Shown: positions 1 to 11,520 of the stretch, piece by piece | Layout: the number at the start of each line of letters is the position of its first letter | How positions within the stretch are numbered: position 1 is the first letter of the stretch | NCBI GenBank assembly: GCA_013239625.1 | Contig: MU053594.1 | Coordinates: 900,536-964,535, forward strand | Direction: 5' to 3' | Length of the DNA: 64,000 nucleotides | Source of the DNA: Lama guanicoe | Taxonomy: Eukaryota | Position numbers and translations under genes: made by a program | The notes under the pieces: generated by a model | Told to the model about the DNA's origin: nothing | Seen by the model: only the letters and a program-made list of their open reading frames with translations | Databases searched by the model: none

Positions 1-1134
1 TCACGTTCTTTCTGTTATGTTCTGCTTTAGGACACCTAAGCTCCTTTTTATTCCATATCTGGTTTTCAATCTTTCCTTCATGTTTCCAACTTAACTGAAA
101 CTTGACCTTCCTGGAGTACACCACCCACTTTCTCACCCTCCCCAGGACAGGCAGGGAGCTGTCTTCTGCCTGGTTGGCATTAGCCCAGCACCACCCACCC
201 CCGCAACAACATCCTTTCTCCATGTCCCTCCACGTTGGAGCCAATGTCCCACAGAACCCTCTGGCCATTCAGCTCCCCAGGGTTTGTGAGCCACCCTTTG
301 TCTACACTGGCCTCCCTGGGATGCATCGCTTAGAAACCATTCTCCCCAGCAGCCTAGCCTCCTGCACTGCCCTGCGGTTTTCCTTAATCTCCCAAGTCAA
401 TTCCCAGCCCCGGCTCATCCCTACCATTCATTCTGCCCATCCCTGCACCTGGGTCGCAGGTGACTGAGGCAGAAGACACATGCCTGCAAGCCTGGTCTGT
501 GACAGATTCAAACACGGCCAACTTGAGGAGCACAGAGGCTGCGCACCAATCCTGTCACGTACGTCTCGGGGTCTTCCTAACGCAGCGCCCACGGGAAATA
601 TGCCAGCCTGTTCCCATTGGCTGATCCTCCCAGCTCCTCCTCAATCCCAGCAGGGGTCTCGGGGAGAGCCTGGTCTCGGGTACCACAGAGAAGGCCCCTC
701 GCCCATCGCACCCCTCGCCTGCCGCGCATCCCCCTCCATCCTTCACGGAGGAAGGGTCTCTCCAGCCTGCCTTGCGGTCAAGTCTAGGGCACACCCAGCC
801 CTCTCCCATTGTTCTCCCTCTCGATACTTGTCCTCTCTCTGCTGAGCAGCTTTTCTGACACCTTGTTATCTTTTCAAACAAAAACAAGAGCAAACCCTTT
901 ATTTGACCAGCTATTAGTCCTCTCACTCATCAATCTCTCACCTTCCATCTCCTGCCAGATTCTGTGACTATGCGCTCCCCACTCCTGGACACTGTCGGTT
1001 TTTATTCATTCCTCTCTTAACCTTCCACTGGATGACCTCCTTCGAGCGTCACAGTCCTACCGAAAACCTCCCTCCAAGTCCACTGTGCACCTGCTTCTTG
1101 ACAAACTCACTAGCACTGCCCTTTCCTTCCGTCT

Positions 1135-1330
1135 TGGTCAGCGGCTCCCAACTCTGCCTGGACAGAAGAATCACTTATGGAGGTTTTGACAAATGCAGTG
1201 TCTGGACTAGGTCCCACCCGCAGACCTTCAGATTTAACTGCTGTGGGTGGGGATCCGTCACTGGTACAGTTTTCTTTAAAAGCTTCCCAGGCTGAGCCTT
1301 GTTCCTGAGATGCTGACAACCTGCATCTGG
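1135..1330. mobile_element. MER5-like hAT-Charlie DNA transposon relic
   Basis: Motifs 'agaatcactt..gagg..aaatgcag..cagacc..gatttaactg..gggtgggg..tttaaaagcttcccagg' resemble the MER5 consensus; heavily diverged. Confidence 0.55.
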
Positions 1331-3299
1331 AAAGCGCGCCATCTGTGCTCCAGGCGTGATGCCCCTTCTCTGCTCGTCCTGACTCCTCCTTCCTGTCCTC
1401 GCTTCTGATTCCTATGATTTAGCTATGCCCCGGGCATCTTATCCAAGGGATGGTCGCTCCCCCATCCGACACACATGTTCCCATTTCCCCTCTCAAAGGG
1501 CATTTATAATTCCTAATATGAATTATGTCCAGATCTTGTCTCTAGCTGAAACCTAAAACCCAGGTCCCCAGTATGACAGTCGTGTATTTATTTCTACCTG
1601 CATGTTTTGCAGTGACTTGACGACCAAAATGACCTGAGGTCTGAAAATCATCTCTGTCTTATCCGTCCCACCCCTGTCATTAGTGCTACTATGCATTACT
1701 TTTAATTTCAATCTACACTGCACTAAAATCAAAATCCTGAATCAGTTGTGTCCGTGTAGAACCTTGCTTACCTCTAAATTAATGTATAAGCAAATGACAC
1801 CACAAGAGAGAGTCATTGTATTCTATCAACTATATTAATTTTTGGACCAAAAAAAAGTTCTCCCCAGAACTGTACGCTATGCAAGTGAACCTGCTTTCAA
1901 ATCTCCTCATTACTGATGGTCAAGAAATAGTTACCCTGGGATTCTGGCCAACATGCTGATGATGAAGCTGACCTGTGAGTCTTACGGGGGTCTGGCTCCA
2001 TGAGGCAGCAGCCGGACCTGGTACTCTGCATAGTGCAATGCAGCCCTGCTGTCCCACAAAGAGCTCAGAGGAAAATCCACAAAATAACTTGGTAAGAAAA
2101 ATAGTTCCCACGCTGCTCGCAAAAGCTCCAAGTGCCAATGACAGAAAATATCCCAGGGAGGAGGACTGGGGGCAGGATCTCTGCCTGCCACGCGGCTCTC
2201 GGGGCACCCAGCGGTTTGTGCATCCTGCTCTGGAGCCTCCCGTGGGTCCAACACTCTGCTTCTCACACCCACTCTCGGCAGACCCCGTCGCCCGGGCTCG
2301 TTTTCTGTCTCAAGAACTGAGTCTGGTATGCATCCTGGCAACGGCTGATCACGCCGCTTAATTCTGCCCATTCACTTATCTTCTCAAGTAATGAAATGGC
2401 CACTGCCAGTCAGGGAAGTCACATTAAAAATGTCACTTGAAGCATGTTCTTGATGTTTTCTTACAGATATATCTGTTTTTTTTTTTAATTAGAAAATGGT
2501 TCTTTTCTCCTCAACTTGCCCATCCAAAGGTGAGTCCCACCTTGGCCCGGAGAGGCTGTTCTGGCAGAACTTCTGGGACCATGGTTAAGCCACACTGGGT
2601 GACAATATCATAGAAATTGCCCCACCAACTCACCTCTGGAAATCCCACCTTTTCCACTACTGTCACACACTTAAGAGCACCGAGAAAACTTGGAAAACAG
2701 TCCTTTTTTTGCTATCAGAGATTCAGGCCCATGATGGGCAAGGTCTCATGCCCACAGCCCTGCAGACACCATGCTCAGGTCACATTCATAGCCTGATCCA
2801 ATGCGCCCCAGGAGGGGGCTGGCAGGAAAAGACAGAAACCACCTGCCTCTTAAGACCACACAGCGCTCTCCTCCCTTCACGTGGATTACTGCAGCGGAAA
2901 AAGCTTCCTGTCATCCCAGCGAGACTGGACTTGATAATGAATCCTCAGCTCACGTCATTTACATGAGATGACACTTATTACCCGGAAAAGACTTTCAACT
3001 GTATGTTATGTTACAAAGGGACAAAATATCCCAGGGTGATGGTAATGGGAATGTGGGAGACCATGTGATTCCACAGCCTTCTGCCCAAAATGCATAGGAA
3101 AGGGAAGCAGGGGAGAAAAGGTTGTGCCAGGTAAGTATCTGCCAGTCACTAAGACACAATGAACGTTCAGGTAGAGCAGATACTATGCTGGAGGGTTCGC
3201 TGTGTTGAAGATTTAGTAACACAGGAGACGGTGATAATTCACTTTGGGAAGGAACATGGCTGGATACTGGTTGGATCTTGCTTCAGGATTCATCCAATT

Positions 3300-3370
3300 T
3301 AAAGCTATTATACCAGAAATTAGCACAATACTGTAAACTGACTATACATCAATAAAAAAAATAAAGCTAT
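3300..3370 (+). mobile_element. Extremely 5'-truncated young L1 (3' terminus only, ~53 bp) with 9-bp TSD
   Basis: 'ccagaaattagcacaatactgtaaactgactatacatcaataaaaaaaa' is an L1 3'UTR end, homologous to the L1 ends near 7850-7895 and 30158-30203; flanked by TAAAGCTAT at 3300-3308 and 3362-3370. Confidence 0.85.
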
Positions 3371-3378
3371 GGTGGGAT

Positions 3379-3863
3379 ATGTGCTCACCCAGGTTCACAG
3401 CAGCTCTGTTCACAAGAGCAAAGAGTGAAAAAAAATCCAAATGTCCACCGACAGATGAATATGGAGAATATGCACTTACAATGGAATATTATTCAGCCTT
3501 AAAAAAGGAAGGAAATCCTGTTGCCTGTTGCAACATGGATGAACCCCGAGGACATTATGTTAAGTGAAATAAGCCAGTCGCAGATGGACAGATACTGTAT
3601 GATTCCACTTCTATGAGGTATCTCTAAAGCAGTCAGATTCATAGAAATGGAAAGTAGAATGGTGGTTACCAGGGGCTGGGGTGAGGGAGAAAAGGGGAGT
3701 GGTTGTTTAATGGGTAAAGAGTTTCTGTTTTGCAAGATGAGAAATTTCTGGAGATCTTTTACACAACAGTGTGAAGGTACCTAAAAACTACTGAACTGTA
3801 CACTTACAGATAATTAAGCTGGCAACTGTTATGAGTTTTTTTACAATGCAAAAAAAATAAAAA
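3379..3863 (+). mobile_element. L1MB-type LINE-1 3' end (ORF2 tail and 3'UTR)
   Basis: Hallmarks 'aatggaatattattcagccttaaaaaaggaaggaaatc', 'gacattatgttaagtgaaataagccagtc' and 'agtagaatggtggttaccaggggctgggg'; ends in an A-rich tail. Confidence 0.9.
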
Positions 3864-4358
3864 GGCAAGTATGTGTGTTTAGCAGTGATAAAACTCTTTT
3901 TCCCATTTGGCAAAGAATCCAAATGGTCTCTCCTCTATCATGCCTCAGGATTATTAATAAAACCCCAAACCGGACCCATTGCTGACTGTATTAATCTTGC
4001 CTCTGAGTGTAAAGATAGAGTAATATTAAGGCGCTGCTCACCTCCTTTCACTTAATATTTCAGTCTTTATAAAGCTGAGCTGTGAGACATCTATGAACAG
4101 CTCTCCACGCTTGTGAGCCAGTGACAAAAGCTCCTAAAGACCCAGACCCCCCACACCTGTGCCTCGTTTCACACCAGCCCCAGGAGCGAGAAATCCATCA
4201 GCCAGACATTGACATGAGAAGTGAGGGCCTCACAATCAATCACTTTTTCTTTGCAAGTTAAAAAAAAAAATCTCAGTGATCAAAACGGAACTCTTCTTGC
4301 TGGTTGTACGAGCTGGTGCTACTGAAGTAGCAAACGAATACCGTGGGCAGTCCCTTAC

Positions 4359-4396
4359 CTTTTGGTTTTGACAGGGAAGAGGTGAAGGAATTTCAT
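4359..4396 (-). CDS. Candidate coding part of an alternative first exon (MKFLHLFPVKTK plus phase-2 AG); gene unidentified
   Basis: Minus strand reads cgtcacaATG (A at -3) AAA TTC CTT CAC CTC TTC CCT GTC AAA ACC AAA AG|GTAAGG, a good donor, directly downstream of a CpG-rich patch; peptide not recognised. Confidence 0.3.
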
Positions 4397-4400
4397 TGTG

Positions 4401-5560
4401 ACGGGCGGGACACAGCAGCCGATCACCAGGGTGGAAGGCAGAGCAATAAAGAAAGGGAAGGAGAAAACTGTTAGTTTATGTCCTTGGAGGGAAGGACAAA
4501 GGAGGCTCCTGAGGAACATCTATCGTGCAAAGAACACAGCGGCAGCACAACACAGAGATGTTTCGAAACACGGTGACAGGCTCCATCTAACAGCCGCCTC
4601 TCCTTCCACCGCAGTTAGAAACCTATCGCGCTTCTGGCGCCAAGAACAAAGACGCGGCTCTTTGACATCTCGCGGGGACTTCCTCCCCGAGCGGGCCTTT
4701 TCCTTAGCTGTTGATTCCATTATTGAAAACACACGGGACATAATTCCTCCCTCAACAGGGCAGATCAGGTTCTCCGGGCACAGATTTCTTTCCCTGCAAC
4801 CCTTTCTCCTGAACCCAGGGAAAGAATTCTGCTCCCGACACCAACATCCATCCGACACAGCGGCACCCGCACTTCCACGTGGCCCAGCATTTACGAGAAA
4901 TGTCTTGTGAAACCATCAGGACCCATGGCCTCTCCCGTCTTTCTAAGCTGTGCTGTTGCAGACACTGAACAGGGAAAGAGGACAGTGGCAGTGACGCCTG
5001 AGAAGTTCCTAAAGACACACACACACACACACACATCTTAATCCGCCTGATCCCAAACTCAGCTGCACCCTCATTAAAGCTGTGTGGCCAGGCTTAGGAG
5101 AAGGAGGCTGTGTTGGCTGTGACATCAGGAAGAAACCACCCTGCAGAAACCACGGGAGAAGGGAAAGGCCCCTCCCCCGCCATTGAGAAACACGCACCGC
5201 CTCGTGCCGAGACAGACTCCGTGGCTGCGATTCGGGGGAACCTGCCTTTTCTTCACCTTTTCACTTGTGATAAAAGGCACATTCTCACAGCCTGGCTCGA
5301 AAGTTATTTAGGTCAGAGTCTCCTGGGAAAACCGTCTTTCCTTACACATCATACAGGCATGATTTCAATGCCTGTTGTTCGCTGTGTGAGGCGAGCCCTG
5401 CACAGGACACGCTTACAGCTCGGCTGACCTCGTACCCCCTGCAAGGGGCAAGGGGGCACTGCCGGGCCTCGCTGAGGACCCGCCCGATGGAGGGGCCAGC
5501 AAGCTGAAACAAGTCCACACGGCAGGGCGGCGGGGCTCTGGGGAGGATGGAGGGGAAGTG
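4401..5560. promoter_or_regulatory. CpG-rich patch (possible weak CpG island or internal promoter)
   Basis: 26 CpG counted by eye in 4401-4900, including several CGCG; elevated CpG continues to ~5530; no recognisable repeat. Confidence 0.45.
5015..5035. repeat. (AC)10 microsatellite
   Basis: acacacacacacacacacaca read directly. Confidence 0.95.
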
Positions 5561-5679
5561 TGTTTCCTCCCTCACAAAAAGCATCCTTCCTCTTAATGGT
5601 GTCTGGCACAGAAGGACACACAGCTCTCAGGGCAAAGGACATAGTGAACCTGGTTGCAGACAGGTCTGGATCTCCTGGC

Positions 5680-6086
5680 TGTGGCAGAGATTACTAACTG
5701 TCCTCCAAACCCACTTCCCTTTCCTCCTGGGCACACAGTGGGACTGCATCCCCAGTCTCCCTCAAAGAAAGCCGCAGCTGTGTTGCAGGGGCTGGCCAAT
5801 GGAGCTGTGGGTGGCAGTGCTATGCACCCCTCCAAGACTGGCCCACAGAACCGCCAGCTCAATCCTGCACTCTCCCTGCCCCGGTCCGCAGGCCGGATGG
5901 TGATGTCCACGGTGAAGATGGCAGCGCTCCGTCACCCTGGGGCCCTGCAAAACTGCGTGGAGCACAGCCACCCTGTCCAGCTGTTTGATGTTTACAAGCA
6001 TGAGAAACAGACTTTCTACTGTGATGAGCCACTGAGTTCTGGAGGTTTGCCTGTCACAGCAGTCCACGTTCCCCTTAACTAATTCA
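5680..6086 (+). mobile_element. MaLR solo LTR, MLT1J-like
   Basis: Starts TGTGGCAGAGATTACTAACTG and ends 'tgagaaacagactttctactgtgatgagccactgagttctggaggttt..aactaattca', typical MLT1 termini. Confidence 0.75.
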
Positions 6087-7214
6087 CCCTTTCTAGTCCC
6101 TTGTGAGGGACCAGACGCCAGATCTTAGCTTCTGTTAGATGCCTCTGCCCACTTCTAGCAAATCCCTCCCTTTCCCCTTGAGCTGTTCTGATCACATCTT
6201 CTTCTTCACAATCAATAAATCTCTGAGTAAAAGATGGGCTTAAAGAAAATGCTCTAGAAGCCCAGCGAGGGGCGCAGCTGACCTACTCTGGGGGGAGGGG
6301 GCAGGCGGCTTCGCATCCCCCCTCGTGCAGCTCAGAGGGCTGAATTCATCAAGAGGAGGGCGGCAGACAGGCGCCGGCAGGGCTCCCTACCAATGGCATA
6401 AGTGAGGCTTGTCGGTCTTACACAGTCTACCTACCTCGGAAAAGACAAACAGGCTTATATTAAATAAGGCTCGTAAAAAGAATTTCCTGCCTGCAACTGG
6501 AGTTATCTTGGATCAAATCACAAGGTCTGATGTCTTCAGAGATAAATCTGGACAGAGAGGCAACGGCTCCCAGTCGCTTTGGGTCAAGCCTTTACTGACC
6601 ATCCACTTCCTTTATAACAAACCTTCCGAAGGAGAAAATAAAGAAAAGCTCTTTAGTCGTCTCCTCCTGGCCCATGCTATGCTGCGCAGAGACGATGCCT
6701 AGGAACTGTTCAGCAACGGGGTACAGCAATACCCCCACCCACCTTAGGAAAAACAGGAGCACAGCCCTTCCCCCAAGGCCCTGGATGCAGCCTGAAGCAA
6801 CCACTGCCACGGCCACACTTCCTCTCGCTGCTGGAGATACACGCATTCACTTAATACACATGTAGGGAGCATCATAATGTGTAGGACATGGAATCAGGGC
6901 TGACGGCGAAGCCAGGACTTACAATTTATAGTTCCAGCCTTCAGGTTACTTACAAACTACTGACAGAAGCAGGGCATTGAGCACGGGAGGTTAAATAACA
7001 CAAAGGCAAGAGTATAAACGATGTGCAAAGATGTACGCAGCCAGATCACTGGGCAGAGCTCAGCCTATTATTTGCATCCAACTGGTTTCTCAAACATACT
7101 AATTTGCCAACACCACTGCTCCTTGAAGCTCCCAATTCCAGTTGGCTGTGTGATTTATTTCCCTGTGACATATATCACTTTGTAAATGACTGCATAACTG
7201 GCTCCAGTGTATTC

Positions 7215-7320
7215 ACCAAGCTTCATGAAGGTACGGATTGTCTCTGTTCTGTTCACTGCCGCACCCCAGTGCCCCATGCACTGCATAGTGGATGCATAAT
7301 ATTTTCCCAGTGAATGAGAA
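7215..7320 (+). mobile_element. L2 3' end fragment
   Basis: 'aagcttcatgaagg..ttgtctctgttctgttcactgc..ccccagtgcc..gtgaatga'. Confidence 0.6.
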
Positions 7321-7684
7321 CTACTCCGAGTTTCTAAGTGCAGAAATTAATAACAAACAATCATCTTGTTCTTAAAAATATTCCTTAGCGCCCCTCCCCC
7401 CCCGAAATAGCCCAGTTTCGTTTCTTCCGACTCTCTGAGGGCAATAACCAGGGTCCCCCCAGCTTGCTCACCAATGAAACGCAGAGCATGGCTACGAACT
7501 GACAGGGATCTCAGTGTCAAACACCAGAGGCTGATATTTAGAAGATGGAGGGGGCAAAGCTTGTGTTTCACATGGCTATCTGATTATTTAAATTAATAAT
7601 GGCATAAGCAGGAAGGTGGCCCTCAGTCACCTGTGTGTCCAGAGGGCTATTAGAGCTACCAGTTAAAAAACATGGCAGTAACAT

Positions 7685-7905
7685 AAAAAACAGATACAGA
7701 TACTGACTGGTATATGTAAAATAGATAAATAAGTTTATACTGCAGAGCACAGGGAACTATATTCAATATCTTGTAATAGCTCATGCTGAAAAAGAATATG
7801 AAAATGAATATATGTATATTCATGCATGACTGAAGCACTGTGCTGTACACCAGAAACTGACACAGCGTTGTAAACTGAGTATAACTCATTAAAAAAAAAC
7901 GGATA
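7685..7905 (+). mobile_element. 5'-truncated young L1 3'UTR with TSD
   Basis: 'gcacagggaactatattcaatatcttgtaata..gaaaaagaatatgaaaatgaatatatg..tgtgctgtacaccagaaactgacaca' followed by A9; flanks aaaaaacagata / aaaaaacggata. Confidence 0.9.
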
Positions 7906-9399
7906 TCCTGCATTGAAGGCAGGGACTAAGACAATAAAACCTGAAGCTACAAAGGCAATATGCGAAATCACTGGTCTGTTTACTTAGCTGGCAGGCGGCT
8001 GAAAAGAACCTCAGGGCAGTGCGACGGCTCTGCTCAACCCTGCCACTTACCACATCCTCTTTATTCAGGACGCCCACCATATTGTCCAGGCTCACAAAGA
8101 AGCTTGAAGCCCGAATTCCTGCTCCTCTCCTAGCAATCTCTGCGCCAGGTATTTATCTTACATTCTGTGCTCCTGTGGCCTGGACGGGGACCCACGGGCT
8201 TTAAGGGGACCCACGCTGTACTTAATCACTAGGTGAAATGAACAGGACTTGGCCTTGTTCGTCTGCGTCCGTCTCCCAGCTGTGACCGAGTGGGCATTTC
8301 AGAGAGTAAATGATCGATGCTCATCCGTCTTGGTCACCGTGGCTGGTATAAAAAAATTCAGCTTCTTGTCTGAAGAGCACCCAGGAAACACACCAAAAAA
8401 GAATCCCATTATAGCAAAGACCAGGCCAGTAGATATGGATGGAGCCATTTCGCGCACACAGAAAATTACGCAGAAACCAAGCTGCCAGGACAACAGTTTA
8501 ATTTTCAAAAGCAAAACTTGGCCCTGAGTGGCCAAGCTAAGAATAGATTTTTTATTGGAAGTCTCTTCACTTGTCAGACACAAAGGGTCCTCTTCGGGAA
8601 ACGAGAGGGCCTACCTCTTCCTGCAGAACTGAAAGGGGAAAGTTGTCACCAGGTGGCGGGGGTTCCCCTGGGAGATTCAGTCTAATGAAAAGACAAAAGG
8701 CTTCAACCGCGTGGCTCCAGACAGAGGACTGGTTCCATCGTGCTGCCCTCCTTTTTGCTGTCCAAAGTCTTCCCCAGGGTTTAATTTTTAATAAATCGGG
8801 TGCGTGGGAGTGTGGGGAGAGCACGTGTGAGCAAACACATGCACGCATATGCACACGTGCACTTAGAGACAGTGTGACTGTCAACTCTCCACTTGCTGAT
8901 GGCGCGATGTCAATGACACAGACTACGCCCAGTTACAAACGCGACGCTTCTAAACCACAGACACACAAACATGGCAGCTGCTCCTGTCTTTCCACTCACC
9001 CTTCCTCTTTGGAGACGGTGCCGGCCCTGTGACAGAGAGGCTCCAATCAAACGTGGCCTACAAAGCCAGTCTTCCAGCTAGTAAGGCCTGGCAGCAGAGA
9101 CATGAGCAAATCATGTCCAAGGCCACAGAAGTCCAAAGGCGGGGGAGCAGGCCCTCTGCCGAGGGTGAAGGCTGAAGGGCACTGCCGTGGATGTGGCATA
9201 AGCAGAGGTCTTTGTCACTCTTTCCATCCTGGGGTCTATCACCTGGCATTGTGACTCCTCTTTTTACACAAGATCTCTCTAACTAGACTGTGAACACCAG
9301 TGGGAAGGAACTGTTGACTACTGAGCCTTGGAGCCAAAGCTCCTGGAGGAGAATCTACATGCAGCAGACTTCCAGACATCTAATCTCACTGGCTGATAA

Positions 9400-9520
9400 C
9401 TCATGGGGGTGCCTTCACCCCCATTTCACAGAAGAACAAATCGAGGCGTGGAGATCTGAGCTGCTTGCCCCAGCTCACAGAGCTAGTAAGTGACAGACCA
9501 CAGACACAAAGGTCAGTCAG
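9400..9520 (-). mobile_element. MIR
   Basis: 'ccccatttcacagaagaacaaatcgaggc..cttgccccagctcacagagctagtaagtg' is the reverse MIR core. Confidence 0.7.
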
Positions 9521-10434
9521 TTGAGTCCCCAACTTGTTATGCACGCTCTGTCCCTGCACGCAGAGTCTGGGCAATGAATAGTTACCGAATAAATGGACAA
9601 TGTGAATCTTAGATGCTACCAGGAGGGAAGTGTGGTTGCCAAAAGCCAGGGATGAGCAGTGTGTGAATTAAATAACGGAGGAGACACCAGAGGAGGAAGC
9701 ACATGGGACAGGGACAGAGGACACACACTTCAGTGCCAGGCAGTGGGTGGACATGCCCCAGGGAGCACCTGGGAGAGCCTCACCCAGTGCGCTAAGCACC
9801 CCACCCCACCACACCGGATCATCTCTGCCCAGCCCTCTGTGTACAGGTACCCCCTGCAAGGGTGAAATGAGGGTCAAGGTAACCTGAAGGTCAAAGATGG
9901 AAGTTCTGAAGAATCAACAAGCAACTGACTTGTTGAAGTGTAACCCACCTTTAAATTAGGAACTTTCCGTATGTTTCTCTTACAATATGAAAGGAAGCTC
10001 CTGATCACTGGGCACCGACCACATACCCTTTGAGATTATAATTACTTTTCCTTTGGGTGGAGATGGAATTTGAATATTTCAATGCCTTTCAACTCTTCAA
10101 ATCGCTATTTTTTTTTAATTTCCATCCTCCCATCACTACCTAAGCATGACCCATTTTGCTAAAAGCAATGGAAATTTTAAACATTATCCCTAAAAGATAA
10201 TTCCTGACGAAAAAGACGCTGCATTCATACTTCCATTCTACTCTTCAGCCCCTTCTTTTCACAACAGCAGTTTGACCCGTAGCTCTCCGGCTTCATTATA
10301 AACGGCTCCCAGGGGGACGCTTCTCCACGCACGTACCTCGCAGCCACCCACTGGCAAACACAGGTGGACACTGGTGTTGCTACAGCCCTGGTACGTCCTT
10401 GTTTACTGCAAATTCCATTTAGCATTCTGAGGCA

Positions 10435-10595
10435 GCAGAACTGTACTTATGTAGTAACAGAATTACCTGAAGAGCTTTTGTGAAAATGACTCCTTAACCC
10501 CACCCCTGGCGATTCCGGGGTGGAGCCTTGGAATGTGGATTTAACAAGCACTCAGGTGAGTCCATGAGGGGTTCAGGTTTGGGAATCACCGTTCT
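10435..10595. mobile_element. MER5-like hAT relic
   Basis: 'cagaattacctgaagagctt..ggggtggagccttggaat..ttaacaagcactcaggtgag..aggtttgggaatcac'. Confidence 0.6.
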
Positions 10596-11303
10596 ACCTT
10601 ATATGCCAGAGGTAACAGAATAGAGACAATGGGTAGTTCACACAGCCTGCAATTTGAGTTTAATAAAAATGTCTTGTGCAGGCGTCTGGGATGCGCTGGG
10701 TCTCACGGTGGGAGTCAGAAGGGAGGGACCGACAGCACAGAAGAGGAAGGCTTTCTCCTCTAGAGAAGGTTTAAGCCTGGCTGTGGGTCCCTTGTGCTGA
10801 GATCTGTCTGGCTGGTCTGGACTAAGCTGTACCTGCGAGGAAATGGGGCGGGTGTCCTGGGATACGCGCGACGGGGGCAGGTCTGCCCGAGTGCGCCCTG
10901 TAAGGTGGAGGGGGTTTCGCACTGTGACTGTTTATGCTCTCTCCGGGTTGTGAGCGACTCTGCATTGTGTTTGCAGTGGGGGCTGGGAGTTGAGCAGATT
11001 CTTAGTGAAAAGTAGCAACGCTGCCTTTTATGAGCGAAATTTTAATCTAAAATGCATTTCAAAACTACATAAGAATGTCAGGGAGACGAGAGAAGCTTGA
11101 TAATTTGTCAATCGCATCCGCCGAGAATACAATTATGAGAAAAATGAACTGTAATGATATAATAGATCTTCTTCTGTTACTTAAAGACTAAGCAATAAAA
11201 GAGGGTGATAAACATAAGGGGAATGTGGCTATAAACACATCTGAATTAATCTCATGACCACGTGAGGCGACGCTCACCCCACCTTCAGCTCCACCCTGGG
11301 ATG

Positions 11304-11520
11304 GAGGCAGCAGAGAGAACTCCATGGTTTGCAGTCATGACATATCTGGGTTCAAATCCCGGCTTCACCACTTAGGCTTAGATGAGCTCTCTGACCTTCA
11401 GCCGACCGTGCATACGCTCACCGAGCCTTCTCTCGTAAGGGTGGCGTCAAGATTAGAGCTAATGTTGTAAAGCACACAGCACAGGGCGTGCCACACAGCA
11501 GGCGCACTGGGTAAATGGAA
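11304..11520 (+). mobile_element. MIR
   Basis: 'ctgggttcaaatcccggcttcaccactta' (B-box region) and 'gtaaagcacacagcacagggcgtgccacacag'. Confidence 0.65.

Noticed and set aside
102..926. Three ~120-aa ORFs in GC-rich sequence
   Set aside because: Overlapping on both strands, Pro/Ser/Arg-rich, no recognisable domain or splice structure; expected by chance
2493..2535. Possible plus-strand micro-exon (T-tract, ttAG|aaaatgg...aag|GTGAGT)
   Set aside because: Peptide unrecognised, opposite to the inferred host strand, and such site pairs are common by chance
4398..4910. 170-aa plus-strand ORF
   Set aside because: Non-ATG start, no recognisable homology; explained by stop-codon depletion in a CpG/GC-rich patch
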